Below, piece by piece: positions 1 through 8,873 of a stretch of 55,193 nt of DNA (its first letter is position 1; each line of letters begins with the position of its first letter). The notes under the pieces were generated by a model. That model was not told where the DNA came from. It saw nothing but the letters and a program-made list of their open reading frames with translations, and did no database searches. This DNA is from a virus (Duplodnaviria; Caudoviricetes): IMG/VR virus record IMGVR_UViG_3300001338_000004, positions 1 to 55,193 of that record. One strand, 5' to 3'. The position numbers and the translations under genes were made by a program.

Positions 1-10
1 CGCGGCGCGG
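1..10. repeat. Terminal direct repeat CGCGGCGCGG, identical to 55184-55193 (circular overlap or end signature)
   Basis: First 10 nt equal last 10 nt, and minus-strand gene orientation continues across the junction. Short and GC-rich, so could be partly chance. Confidence 0.55.
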
Positions 11-273
11 CCCGCCCGCCCGCCCGTGTCCCGGCCCGGGTCGCCCGGGAAACCCAGCCAAAACGGCCCGTAACGTGCTGAACGGCCACAGGTTAACGCG
101 AAGGCTGTAGGAAGGGCGACCGGGCGGGCCTGTGGGGGTCCCGCGTCGGTCGGCCGGTCGGCCCGTATAGGCACGGTTAAGGGGAATTAGGCACGGCCGG
201 GCGAAGGGTCGGAACCCCGGATTTTACCCGGGCGGGCCGGGTGCCGGAATACTCCCGGGGGAGTACCCGGGTT

Positions 274-2406
274 CTAGCGGGCGGGCCGTCGGCGCAATCG
301 GATGCGGCCACGCCGGACATGATCGCGTTCTTCGCTGTCGCGATACAGACCCGCACGCGCCACCATGTCGGCGGTGAAGTCGGACACCGACCACGTATGC
401 TTCCACGTGTTCGCGCCCACGGTCCGTTTCTGGACGAGATGCAACATCGCCATGTCCGTGAGCAACCGGAGGACCGTGGCTTGCGGATAGCCGGACGCGG
501 TGATGATGTCGCTGGTGGAAATGAACGTCCCGCGTGGGCAGAGTTTGATCACCGTGCGGATCAGATCCTCTTGGCGCTGAGACACGGTGTCCAGCATCAC
601 CTTGCGTGTCAACCGGAACACGTCGTCCGAGATGACCGACTCGCCCCGGACCTGGGCCATGGCGCGGGAAAACTTCGCGAGCTGTTCCCCCAAGCGACTG
701 CCGACCTCGGCCGACGGACGGCCGGTCATGATGTCGTTGTTGTAGCGGTCCCGGGACACCGTCCCACGCAAGCGCGACCCGAACCGGGACAGGGCGATCA
801 GCCCACCATGGATCTCGGACGTGGGATCCAGTAGCGGCGGTTCGAACTTGGCCACACGCCGTTCTAAGAATTCACCCACGACCTCGGCGAACTCATCTTC
901 CATCGCGCTCTCCTTGTCGGCGTTGGCGATCGCCCGGGCGATGATGTCCTCTTCGTTTACATGGCGTAGGTTGTCGGCCACGGTGAACTTCAAGAAGCGC
1001 TCCCCCAGCGCCGCGTAGTGGGCGTTGGTATCGTAGATACTTGGCGTCACCGCGGCCAAGATGGTGAACCGACTTTCGTACCGCCGCACAACCCCGTTGC
1101 CAAAGTTCTTGGCGTAGTGACCGTCGAAGGCGTCTCGGAAGGTACTGAAGATCTCTTCCTTGTCATTCTCCCGCATCCCCAGGATCGCGGTGAAGTCTTT
1201 GATCACCAACACCTTGCCGTCCAGCTTCGGCAAGAGGGAGGGATCCATCTGGCCCTGCACGTTCTGGCCTGACGCCAAGGTCCGGGCGGTCAGCGAGCTG
1301 GTACTGTAGACCTGGTCCAGTCCTTTCAAGGACGACAGGATCTTGGTCTTGGCAGATCCGGGCGGGCCGACGAGGAACATCCAGACCGGCGGGCCGTCCA
1401 GTGGACGTGAGGCAACAGTCGCCAGCATGACGTCGATCGCATCGGTCGACGGCAGGAACAGCCATTTCCGAAACACCTTGTGTACGTCTTCCAGTGTCGG
1501 TGCGGTTCGGACCACACGCAAACGCTTCTCGGTTCGGTGCTCCGCGGGCACGGCCCGGGGTTGGGTGGGATCCACCCGACGCGGTTCTGGTTTGAAGAGT
1601 CGCTGCAGTTTGTTCCAGCAGGGTGCGGGCGTCTTGCGCTCAACCGCGCCATAGACGATCCAGTCACGCGTGTCGAATCCGGACGGCAGGTCCACCGGCC
1701 AGTGGGTGTAGGTTAACGTCTTGGCCGCGGAGCCGACTTTCCGTCGTATGGTCCACTCACCCAACTCGCCGGCCGAGTCGTGGTCATACAGCGTATGCAC
1801 GATCCGGTCTTGCAGATACGGCACCCACTCGTTCTTAAACGTCGCGGCCCCGGGCACCCCAACGACGACCGCATCCTCGTGAAGCAGTCGACGCAACCAC
1901 TCGAGGGCAATCGTATCCCACTCGCCTTCGCAGAGGAACACGGGTGCATTGGGCCGTGTCGCCAAGCGGTGCGCGCCGTACAAGCCGATCTGAGCACCAG
2001 CCGTGGTCCGCATTTGCTTCGTCTTGAGATCATACAGACGAATGTCCACGACCCGGCCCGACGGATCGTAGACCGGGATGGAATACCGACTACCGGTCCA
2101 TCCCAGGTCCCAGCCTTTGAACGCGTCCATCGGCAGCTGCCGGTGAAGCGCCAACCGAGCCAAGCGTTTCTTGGTCAGGTCCTCCTTGTACAGTTTGGCG
2201 ATGAGCTTCAAGAAGCTGCCGATATTCCCCGACGTCCCGGCGGTCTTAGAATCCCATAGCCACGTTGTCGTGTTGACGTAAAACTTATCGGCCTTGCCGC
2301 TGAACGGACACGACCCGTACAGCTCTTTCCCGCGCATCCCGCTGAACTCTACGCCATGCGTCGTAAAGATCTTGGCCTTGGGGAACTTTTCGAAATCAAT
2401 CGCCAC
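274..2406 (-). CDS. Primase-helicase fusion (Toprim primase plus AAA+/MCM-like helicase)
   Basis: N-terminal CPF Zn-ribbon remnant; Toprim motifs FLCEGEWDTIAL and YDHDSAGE; Walker A GPPGSAKT, Walker B VLVIKDF, sensor-like ALGERFL; C-terminal wHTH-like region. Confidence 0.85.
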   Translation of the reverse strand: MAIDFEKFPKAKIFTTHGVEFSGMRGKELYGSCPFSGKADKFYVNTTTWLWDSKTAGTSGNIGSFLKLIAKLYKEDLTKKRLARLALHRQLPMDAFKGWDLGWTGSRYSIPVYDPSGRVVDIRLYDLKTKQMRTTAGAQIGLYGAHRLATRPNAPVFLCEGEWDTIALEWLRRLLHEDAVVVGVPGAATFKNEWVPYLQDRIVHTLYDHDSAGELGEWTIRRKVGSAAKTLTYTHWPVDLPSGFDTRDWIVYGAVERKTPAPCWNKLQRLFKPEPRRVDPTQPRAVPAEHRTEKRLRVVRTAPTLEDVHKVFRKWLFLPSTDAIDVMLATVASRPLDGPPVWMFLVGPPGSAKTKILSSLKGLDQVYSTSSLTARTLASGQNVQGQMDPSLLPKLDGKVLVIKDFTAILGMRENDKEEIFSTFRDAFDGHYAKNFGNGVVRRYESRFTILAAVTPSIYDTNAHYAALGERFLKFTVADNLRHVNEEDIIARAIANADKESAMEDEFAEVVGEFLERRVAKFEPPLLDPTSEIHGGLIALSRFGSRLRGTVSRDRYNNDIMTGRPSAEVGSRLGEQLAKFSRAMAQVRGESVISDDVFRLTRKVMLDTVSQRQEDLIRTVIKLCPRGTFISTSDIITASGYPQATVLRLLTDMAMLHLVQKRTVGANTWKHTWSVSDFTADMVARAGLYRDSEERDHVRRGRIRLRRRPAR

Positions 2407-2427
2407 GCTGCCTCGTTTCCAATCGGC

Positions 2428-4542
2428 CTAGGCGGCCGTCACCATCTTCGAGCGTTGCTTCATCCGACGGTTGAAGAGATCGAACTTCTGCGCTTCGTTC
2501 CAGCGTTGTCCGGGCCAGACCACCTTCATCTCTACCGGCAGCGGCACCGGTAAGCCAAGGAGTTTCTGGTCCATCTGCATCGCTTCGACGATCTTGGTCA
2601 TCAACCGGACGCTATGCAATTCATACGGCACCTCAATACAGAGTTCATCGTGGATCGTGAGTAGGAGATACGCCATACGCTGCGTCTCGGTCTCGAGCAT
2701 ATGGTCGACGTTAATCATCGCGTTCTTCATGACATCCGCGGCCGTGCCTTGGATTTCATAGTTGGTTGCGCGATACGCATAATGCGGTTCGAATTCATAG
2801 CGGCGTCCATAGACGTTGAAGATCTCTCCGTCGTCGCGCGCTTTCTCGATCATCGTCTTCATGTACCGTCCGACGCCCGGTAGCTCCCGCTCGTACTGGT
2901 CGATGAATTCCGCCGCCTGATCTCGGCCCATCTTCAAGAGGCCCGCCAGCTTAGCTAACCCGCCGCCGTACAGCTTGGCGAACATGATCAACTTCGCGCA
3001 CTTGCGGTAGTAGTCTTTATGTTCCTGGAAGTCCGGTCGCTTACCAAAGACTTTCTTGGCGATGTCACCGTGATAGTCTGCACCCGACAACAGCGCGACC
3101 TGCATCTTCTCTTCTTTAGAGAGAAACGCGAACAGCCAGACTTCGATCTGCGAATAGTCCGGGAGATACCAGAGGTACCCGGGCCGTGGGCCGAAGGCTT
3201 CACGTGGCCGCGACTGGATATCGGCTTTCCGGCGTCCGGTGGTTTCACTGGCAACCTGCATCAAGTTCGGATCGGAACAGGACAGACGTCCCGTCACCGT
3301 CCCGGTCTGCTTGAAGTTTGGATGTAAAATGTAGACCCCACGGGACTCTTTCACCCACAGCCGTTCGTAGACGTCCAGAAACGACGACACGGTCTGCTTG
3401 GCCGCTTTGTACTCCAACACGGCCTTGGCGAGTGGGTCCGGAATCCGGTGAACCGTCTCCGGGTCTTTGGGGTCACGGGTCCACCCATACTTCTTGGGGC
3501 GTGCGGCAGCGTAGTCCGGCAGTTCGTCGATCAGTGCCGTGTAGCCCGTTGCCAGTTTCAAGAGCTGTTCGCCGTCCAGGGAATAGTTGTGCTTGCCGGT
3601 CTTCTTGTTTACCGTCCCCGTGTACTTCGCAACGTGGCCTCGGTCGTCGTAGAATTTCTCCGTCATCTGTGGCGTCGATCGATAGTTGAGGCCCGCACCA
3701 CCGTTGGCCTCGGCCAAGCGCTGCTGCTTGTTCTGGTACTTGACATAGAATCGACGCAACGACCGCACCCGGCCCGGGAACACGCGTGTGCCGCGGTCCT
3801 CCATACGCTTCAACACGTTGAATAGTTTGTGTTCGCGCTGAAAGAGATTCCACGAGCGAGTGTTCTTACGGCACTCGTCGTACCACAGCATCTTCAACAA
3901 GATCGTACGGAGCGCGTCCCCTCGCGCGTATTCCTCGCAGAGCTCTTCTGGTGCCAGCCAGTAGTCGGCCTTGGCCGGTGACTTGCCCGCGATCTCCTTC
4001 GTCGCGATCGACCAACGCATCTTCCGTGCCCGCGCTCGCGCTCGGTTGAGCGACTGATGCAATTCCTTCTCATCGCCGTCGGGCATCGCCAGCCATTTCT
4101 TCGACAACGGTTTCAACGCATACGTGAGTTCGTTGCCGGCTGTCATGACATGCGACAGGATCATTGTTTCGACAACCCGTCCACGGAACGGGATCTTTTG
4201 GAACTCACACATCCGTCGATCGTGGCCGATATTGTGGCCGACCTTCACGAACGCCTCGTTGTCAGTGACCTCGCTGATCTGCCGCTTCTGCCGGTCGGTC
4301 AAGGTGACCGCCCGTGTCAACGGGTCCACCCGGCCGCGCACGTAGGCGGTCTTACCGCTTTCGTCCGCAAACGAAAATGCGAACGGACGTGCGGGAACCA
4401 CCAGACGCGTTTCGACGTCGCCCTTGCCAAAGTCGTAGGTGATACGTTTCAAGTCACCCCATCCGACCAATCCGGTGTCCTCGGTATCGAACCCGATGAA
4501 CCGGCCGGTGAGTCCGAGGGAGTTCTTAACGCGCAGGAGCAT
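2428..4542 (-). CDS. polA: Family A DNA polymerase with 3'-5' exonuclease
   Basis: ExoI FDTEDTG, ExoII HNIGHD, ExoIII YARGD; TVTGRLSCSDPNL; motif A DYSQIE; motif B RKCAKLIMFAKLYG; IQGTAAD; motif C TIHDEL. Confidence 0.95.
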   Translation of the reverse strand: MLLRVKNSLGLTGRFIGFDTEDTGLVGWGDLKRITYDFGKGDVETRLVVPARPFAFSFADESGKTAYVRGRVDPLTRAVTLTDRQKRQISEVTDNEAFVKVGHNIGHDRRMCEFQKIPFRGRVVETMILSHVMTAGNELTYALKPLSKKWLAMPDGDEKELHQSLNRARARARKMRWSIATKEIAGKSPAKADYWLAPEELCEEYARGDALRTILLKMLWYDECRKNTRSWNLFQREHKLFNVLKRMEDRGTRVFPGRVRSLRRFYVKYQNKQQRLAEANGGAGLNYRSTPQMTEKFYDDRGHVAKYTGTVNKKTGKHNYSLDGEQLLKLATGYTALIDELPDYAAARPKKYGWTRDPKDPETVHRIPDPLAKAVLEYKAAKQTVSSFLDVYERLWVKESRGVYILHPNFKQTGTVTGRLSCSDPNLMQVASETTGRRKADIQSRPREAFGPRPGYLWYLPDYSQIEVWLFAFLSKEEKMQVALLSGADYHGDIAKKVFGKRPDFQEHKDYYRKCAKLIMFAKLYGGGLAKLAGLLKMGRDQAAEFIDQYERELPGVGRYMKTMIEKARDDGEIFNVYGRRYEFEPHYAYRATNYEIQGTAADVMKNAMINVDHMLETETQRMAYLLLTIHDELCIEVPYELHSVRLMTKIVEAMQMDQKLLGLPVPLPVEMKVVWPGQRWNEAQKFDLFNRRMKQRSKMVTAA

Positions 4543-4951
4543 TTTGTCTCAACCACGCCAACGTCTTGCACCGACGACATTCGGTCCCCGGCTCTAAGAG
4601 CGTCGGGCACGTCTGCGCGGTCCAGTGTAAAGTCCACGCGTGGTGAATCTGTTCCCGACGGTCCAGGTACATTCCGAAGAACGCGAAGTAGTTCGCCGCG
4701 TCGCGCAGACGACTATGCGGCGGGTCGCTGTCCAGCTGTTGCACCGCACAGTACCGCTGGAGCGCCGTGCACTGTTTGTCGAGTAGGACACCCAGTACCT
4801 GGAACACGCTCATCTGCCAGTCCACACACGACTGGAGTACGTTGAGTAAGACAACTCCGTCAGGTGCGTAGTCGCTCTGTCGGTTGACGATGATGCCGAC
4901 CGACTGCCGATAGAAGTCGGCGACGTACTCGGCTTGTTGGACGAGATTCAC
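4526..4951 (-). CDS. Nucleotide-modification-associated all-alpha protein (DUF1599/Nmad1-like, MazG superfamily)
   Basis: RQSDYA...DK...RLRDAANY pattern resembles the KNxDYG...DLANY family signature; sits between the glycosyltransferase and the polymerase with overlapping start/stop. Confidence 0.55.
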   Translation of the reverse strand: MNLVQQAEYVADFYRQSVGIIVNRQSDYAPDGVVLLNVLQSCVDWQMSVFQVLGVLLDKQCTALQRYCAVQQLDSDPPHSRLRDAANYFAFFGMYLDRREQIHHAWTLHWTAQTCPTLLEPGTECRRCKTLAWLRQNAPAR

Positions 4952-5763
4952 TTGGCCTCACTGTAGTGATGAAGAATCTTGGACCAGCGCATGGCAAACT
5001 CGCCGGCGGAGGTGAGCTTCCCGAAGTAGCGCTTCAGTTCAGGAAAGTCGCGAAGCAAGATCTTGTTGGACACGCGATTGTTGCGGCGCTTGTGTTCGAG
5101 CGACCCCTGTCCGCCTTTCTGGTGCCGTACCTTCGTCAGTTCGGCGTCGGCGCAGATACGGAACTCGCAGAGACGGTCGCGCAGCAGTGTGAAAATAATG
5201 TGACGGTCGCCTTGTCCGAACATCTCGACCGGCGCACGGTACTCGAGGTACAGACCGGCCGGAAAGACGCGAAAGGGCATGCTCACGCCTTCGAAGGACC
5301 GAAGACCGTAGCGCGACTCCGCACTCCTGACCTTGTCGCGATTCCAGAACTTGAACATCCGGTGAATGCCGGCCATGACCACCGGCCCGCGCCACTCCGC
5401 GGCCGCACGGACGAGCTTGACCGTATCGGCTTGCGTGAACACGGCGTTGTCGTCGTTCTCAATGATGAAGTCTGGCCGATACTTCATCGGCAGATTTCGC
5501 AGATGCGCTCGGAGTACTTCGCGGGCGACGGTGGTTGATCCACCCGGATTGTGAATACGAACCGACTCTGCGTGTTCGAACTTGACACGGTAGTTTGCGT
5601 CCTGGAGCAACGCACTGTCGTCGAATCCGAAGAGGTTGTGCGCCTGATCCAGCCAGCGCATGACGCCCTTCGGCCCATAGCGTCGATTGAACATCCGTGC
5701 GCGGCCGCGGGTCGGGGTGACGACCAGCGCCGTGACGATCCCCTTGCGTGTTTTGATCTGCAT
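4948..5763 (-). CDS. GT-A fold glycosyltransferase (TET/JBP-associated, GREB1-like type), putative DNA glycosyltransferase
   Basis: N-terminal VVTPTRGR, GG..AR, FIIENDDN (DxD-like), GD acid motif and C-terminal KGG; ATG 5763 with AGGAG upstream. Confidence 0.6.
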   Translation of the reverse strand: MQIKTRKGIVTALVVTPTRGRARMFNRRYGPKGVMRWLDQAHNLFGFDDSALLQDANYRVKFEHAESVRIHNPGGSTTVAREVLRAHLRNLPMKYRPDFIIENDDNAVFTQADTVKLVRAAAEWRGPVVMAGIHRMFKFWNRDKVRSAESRYGLRSFEGVSMPFRVFPAGLYLEYRAPVEMFGQGDRHIIFTLLRDRLCEFRICADAELTKVRHQKGGQGSLEHKRRNNRVSNKILLRDFPELKRYFGKLTSAGEFAMRWSKILHHYSEAK

Positions 5764-5784
5764 CGGTTCTCCTGAAAGGTGAAC

Positions 5785-5815
5785 GGCCGAACCGGCCCTA
5801 TTGCCGGTCCGACCT
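5785..5815 (-). terminator. GC hairpin downstream of the SSB gene
   Basis: Imperfect inverted repeat ggccgaaccggc / gccggtccgacc; no clear U-tract. Confidence 0.3.
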
Positions 5816-5828
5816 ACCACCCGGGACG

Positions 5829-6758
5829 CTACTTCTTGCCCTTCTTCGCCTTCGCCTTCTTCGCGGGCGGCTCGACCTTCAGGATGCTGTCGACGCCGAC
5901 GGTAACCTTCTTGCCGGCCTCGGTCTGGATCTGCACTTCCTCGTCGTCCTCATCCAGATCCAGGACCTCGCCCTTCTCCTTCTTGCCCTTCTTGTTCTTG
6001 AAGGTCACCACGCAGCCGACCGTGACGTCGGTGGCCGCCTCGTCGTCTTCCTCTTCTTCCTCTTCGGACTCGTCGTCGTCCTCGTCCTCCTCTTCCTCTT
6101 CGTCGTCTTCGTCGTCCGAGTCCGCGTCTTCGTCTTCCTCGGCGTCGTCCTCGTCTTCTTCGTCTTCGTCTTCCTCGTCGTCTTCCTCTTCCTCTTCGTC
6201 TTCGTCTTCCTCCTCGTCGTCGTCGTCCGAGTCCTCCTCGTCCGAGTCCTCATCTTCTTCGTCCTCGTCTTCCTCGTCCGTGGACATCAACTTGGAGATG
6301 TACACGTTCTGGTACTCGCTGCCGTCCTTGGTCTTCAGCGAGATCCGGCAGACCGGCTTCGCCTTCTCGAGCTCCGCGAGAATGCCCGGCAGATCCTTCA
6401 CGAGATCGTCGATCTCCTCGACGTCGTAGCCGAGGCGGTCGAGGTCGGCGCAGAGGAAGGTGAGGTTGTCCTCGGTCTCGATGCCCTGGAACGCCCACTT
6501 CTCCTTGCCTTCGTACTCGCCCTCAACGAACTTCCAGACGAAGCGAATCTGGGCGCGGCCCGCGTTGGACTTCTCCAGCTTCGCACCGACCAGACGCGCG
6601 AGGTACCGACCGTCGTCAAACTCGACGACCTTCGTACGCTCGCCCATCTTCTTCTTCGCTTTGCGCCAGAGCTTCTGCGCGGCCGCGAGCGCCTTGGACG
6701 CGTCGAACTTCTTGCCGCCCTTTTCCTTGCCCGGCTTACCTTTGGTTGCTTTCGCCAT
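5829..6758 (-). CDS. DUF669-like single-stranded DNA-binding protein with ~80-residue Asp/Glu tract and C-terminal small beta domain
   Basis: DDGRYLARLVGAKLEKSNAGRAQIRFVWKFVEGEYEG is typical of DUF669/OB-fold SSBs found next to Sak4; ATG 6758 with AAGGAG RBS. Confidence 0.7.
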   Translation of the reverse strand: MAKATKGKPGKEKGGKKFDASKALAAAQKLWRKAKKKMGERTKVVEFDDGRYLARLVGAKLEKSNAGRAQIRFVWKFVEGEYEGKEKWAFQGIETEDNLTFLCADLDRLGYDVEEIDDLVKDLPGILAELEKAKPVCRISLKTKDGSEYQNVYISKLMSTDEEDEDEEDEDSDEEDSDDDDEEEDEDEEEEEDDEEDEDEEDEDDAEEDEDADSDDEDDEEEEEDEDDDESEEEEEEDDEAATDVTVGCVVTFKNKKGKKEKGEVLDLDEDDEEVQIQTEAGKKVTVGVDSILKVEPPAKKAKAKKGKK

Positions 6759-6809
6759 GCGAACGACTCCTTGAATGCCTCGTGTCACCGACACGGGCGG
6801 TTGATCGAC

Positions 6810-7727
6810 CTACTTCTTCTTGAGCGAGACGCGCGAACGTTTCTCCTTTCCTTTCTTGACTGGCGGCACGTACTTGTTGTCGAACGCATCGACCAGGTTC
6901 TGGTACGCCTCTTTCGAAGAGGAACCCATGTCGATGGACCGAACCCGCTTGCCTTCTGGCGTCCGAAACCGTTCCTCGAGCCGATGCCCGGCGGATACGT
7001 TTTCATCTCCCAGAATCTGTAACACGCGCCGGTTGCCGTCGTAGCGGTAGTAGGCCCAGATGTCGGCCATCCCCTCGACGATCTCACGTGCTTGCTTCGG
7101 CATCGTTGCGCCGATCTTCGTGGATACGGTTCCATCGGCTCGCGCGATATCCATCTCCGCCGCATGCGAAATAAGGACAACACCCTTGCCCGTCGCGGTA
7201 AGGTCAACCAAAAACCGCTCGACCTCGTCGCGTAGTTTCCGCCACCCCTTGCCGTATCCCTCGTCGCCGATATCCTCGACGCCGTAGTGCTCACGCACCC
7301 ACTCCTCGGCACGCTTCACCATTCGATCGACCGTGTCGATGACGACCGTGTCGAACGACTTGTCCTTGCGGATCAGCTTCAGGTACCCACGTGCCTCGCG
7401 CCAGTCACGCACTGGCTTCCCGAACAGGCGGAGCCCTTTGCCGCCGGGTTCGAAGAACATGAAGAAGGTACGCTTCATGCGCGAGGCCAACGAGGTCTTG
7501 CCGATCTTCTTCTCCCCGAACAGCAAGAAGAGGTAGTCTTGAATCGAGTCCGACGGCTTGGTCTTCTCCGTCGGCAGCGATACGTCGACCGGGACCAACG
7601 TACTCCCGGCTTTCTTCTTGCCTCCCTTCTTTTTGAAGGGACGTTCTTCACGAACCGTTGCCATTGCGTATCCTTTCTTCGCCCACTCGGGCGGCTCGTC
7701 TCCTAGGAGGTAGTCCTCGGCCGACAC
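6810..7727 (-). CDS. Sak4-like AAA+ single-strand annealing ATPase
   Basis: Walker A FGEKKIGKTS, Walker B TVVIDTV, GYGKGW and VVLISHA motifs; adjacent to the SSB. Confidence 0.85.
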   Translation of the reverse strand: MSAEDYLLGDEPPEWAKKGYAMATVREERPFKKKGGKKKAGSTLVPVDVSLPTEKTKPSDSIQDYLFLLFGEKKIGKTSLASRMKRTFFMFFEPGGKGLRLFGKPVRDWREARGYLKLIRKDKSFDTVVIDTVDRMVKRAEEWVREHYGVEDIGDEGYGKGWRKLRDEVERFLVDLTATGKGVVLISHAAEMDIARADGTVSTKIGATMPKQAREIVEGMADIWAYYRYDGNRRVLQILGDENVSAGHRLEERFRTPEGKRVRSIDMGSSSKEAYQNLVDAFDNKYVPPVKKGKEKRSRVSLKKK

Positions 7728-7730
7728 GAT

Positions 7731-8873
7731 CTACTCCGACGCGAGCGACGCGGCAACCGCTTCGTGCGGGTAGGTTCCGTTCGTGGCGATCCACTCGATG
7801 TCGCCACCGTTCATTGCGGCCGGAGTCAGGACCCAGAACGGCATCTGCACCGCGGTGTGCTGGCGCGGCAAGTCACGCTGTGCCGGCGGCACGGGCCACT
7901 TCCCGTCCGGCGGCCACGACTCGAGACCTGCGAACTTCGCCACCTTCGCCATATCGCTATGACTGCCGAGGTAGTACGCCATGAGCGGCGGGCACTTCAT
8001 CCGCACCTCACGCAGCATGAGCTGGGCGACGCAATTGACTTCCCAGTCCATGACATGCTCGAGCCGGTTGCCGAGCACCCCACGCAACGCGACGTAGTTG
8101 TAGTCGCAGTGAATGTAGGTTTGCGTCCCCATCCACAGCAACCGACGGGCGTCCTGCCACGGAATCCCGGCGTCGACCAACGCGCCGTAGAGCGCTTTGC
8201 CTTCGTCGAGGTACGCCTGAATCGCTCCACGGAGTCCGTGGGCTCGATCCTGTTGGTGAATGAACGCGTCGATCGGTGTCCAGTCGATCACACAGCCCTG
8301 TCGGTCGCCGAGATCACCCGACAAGAACGCCGTGTTGTCGGCCGGTCGACCAAGCTCGTCGAGGTCACAGGCCCGGGCCAACGTTTCTGGCATCGTCCAT
8401 CCGCGATGCCGCCAGTCGTTATCGCGACCGCCGTGCTGCATGAACCCGGCCCCGACACGCGTGCGCACGATCTGGTGTGTCTCTGCGCGTGTGCATCCGT
8501 CGACGCAGAAGCTGAACGTGATGCGCTCGAGGACCTGTTGCAGCGTCCGGCCCGCGAAGCACGCTTCAACGTACCCACGTTCGGTGTCGTTGAGTTTGGC
8601 CCAGCCGGTCCGCATGTTCATCGCTCCGGGCACGCGAGCGTCGGCTTTCTCGACCGGCTGTCGGTCCACGGTTCGACTGGGATGCTCACCCCAGTTCGCA
8701 ACCAGCGCGTCGTAGATGGACGAGAACAGATCGTCCTTCGGACCCCAGTGGTCCAGTGTCACCCGAAGCGCGGCCGGTCCCCGGGCGATGAGTGTGGTCG
8801 GTTCTTCTCCTTTGTGGATGGCGTGATTCCGATGCCCGGCATCGGCATAGTTGACTCCGCTATTCGTTGACAC
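7731..8873 (-). CDS. Divergent ThyX-fold (flavin-dependent thymidylate synthase-like) enzyme
   Basis: ERITFSFCVDGCTRAETHQIVRTR..FMQHGGR and GIPWQDARRLL..N..L....NRL....WEV match the ThyX scaffold. GTG 8873 with GAGGAG RBS. Confidence 0.8.
   Translation of the reverse strand: MSTNSGVNYADAGHRNHAIHKGEEPTTLIARGPAALRVTLDHWGPKDDLFSSIYDALVANWGEHPSRTVDRQPVEKADARVPGAMNMRTGWAKLNDTERGYVEACFAGRTLQQVLERITFSFCVDGCTRAETHQIVRTRVGAGFMQHGGRDNDWRHRGWTMPETLARACDLDELGRPADNTAFLSGDLGDRQGCVIDWTPIDAFIHQQDRAHGLRGAIQAYLDEGKALYGALVDAGIPWQDARRLLWMGTQTYIHCDYNYVALRGVLGNRLEHVMDWEVNCVAQLMLREVRMKCPPLMAYYLGSHSDMAKVAKFAGLESWPPDGKWPVPPAQRDLPRQHTAVQMPFWVLTPAAMNGGDIEWIATNGTYPHEAVAASLASE

Noticed and set aside
5930-6280. TCG/TCC/TCT-rich repeat resembling a microsatellite or array (also 14915-15030)
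   Set aside because: It is the reverse complement of Asp/Glu codons; no repeat-spacer structure, so not CRISPR.
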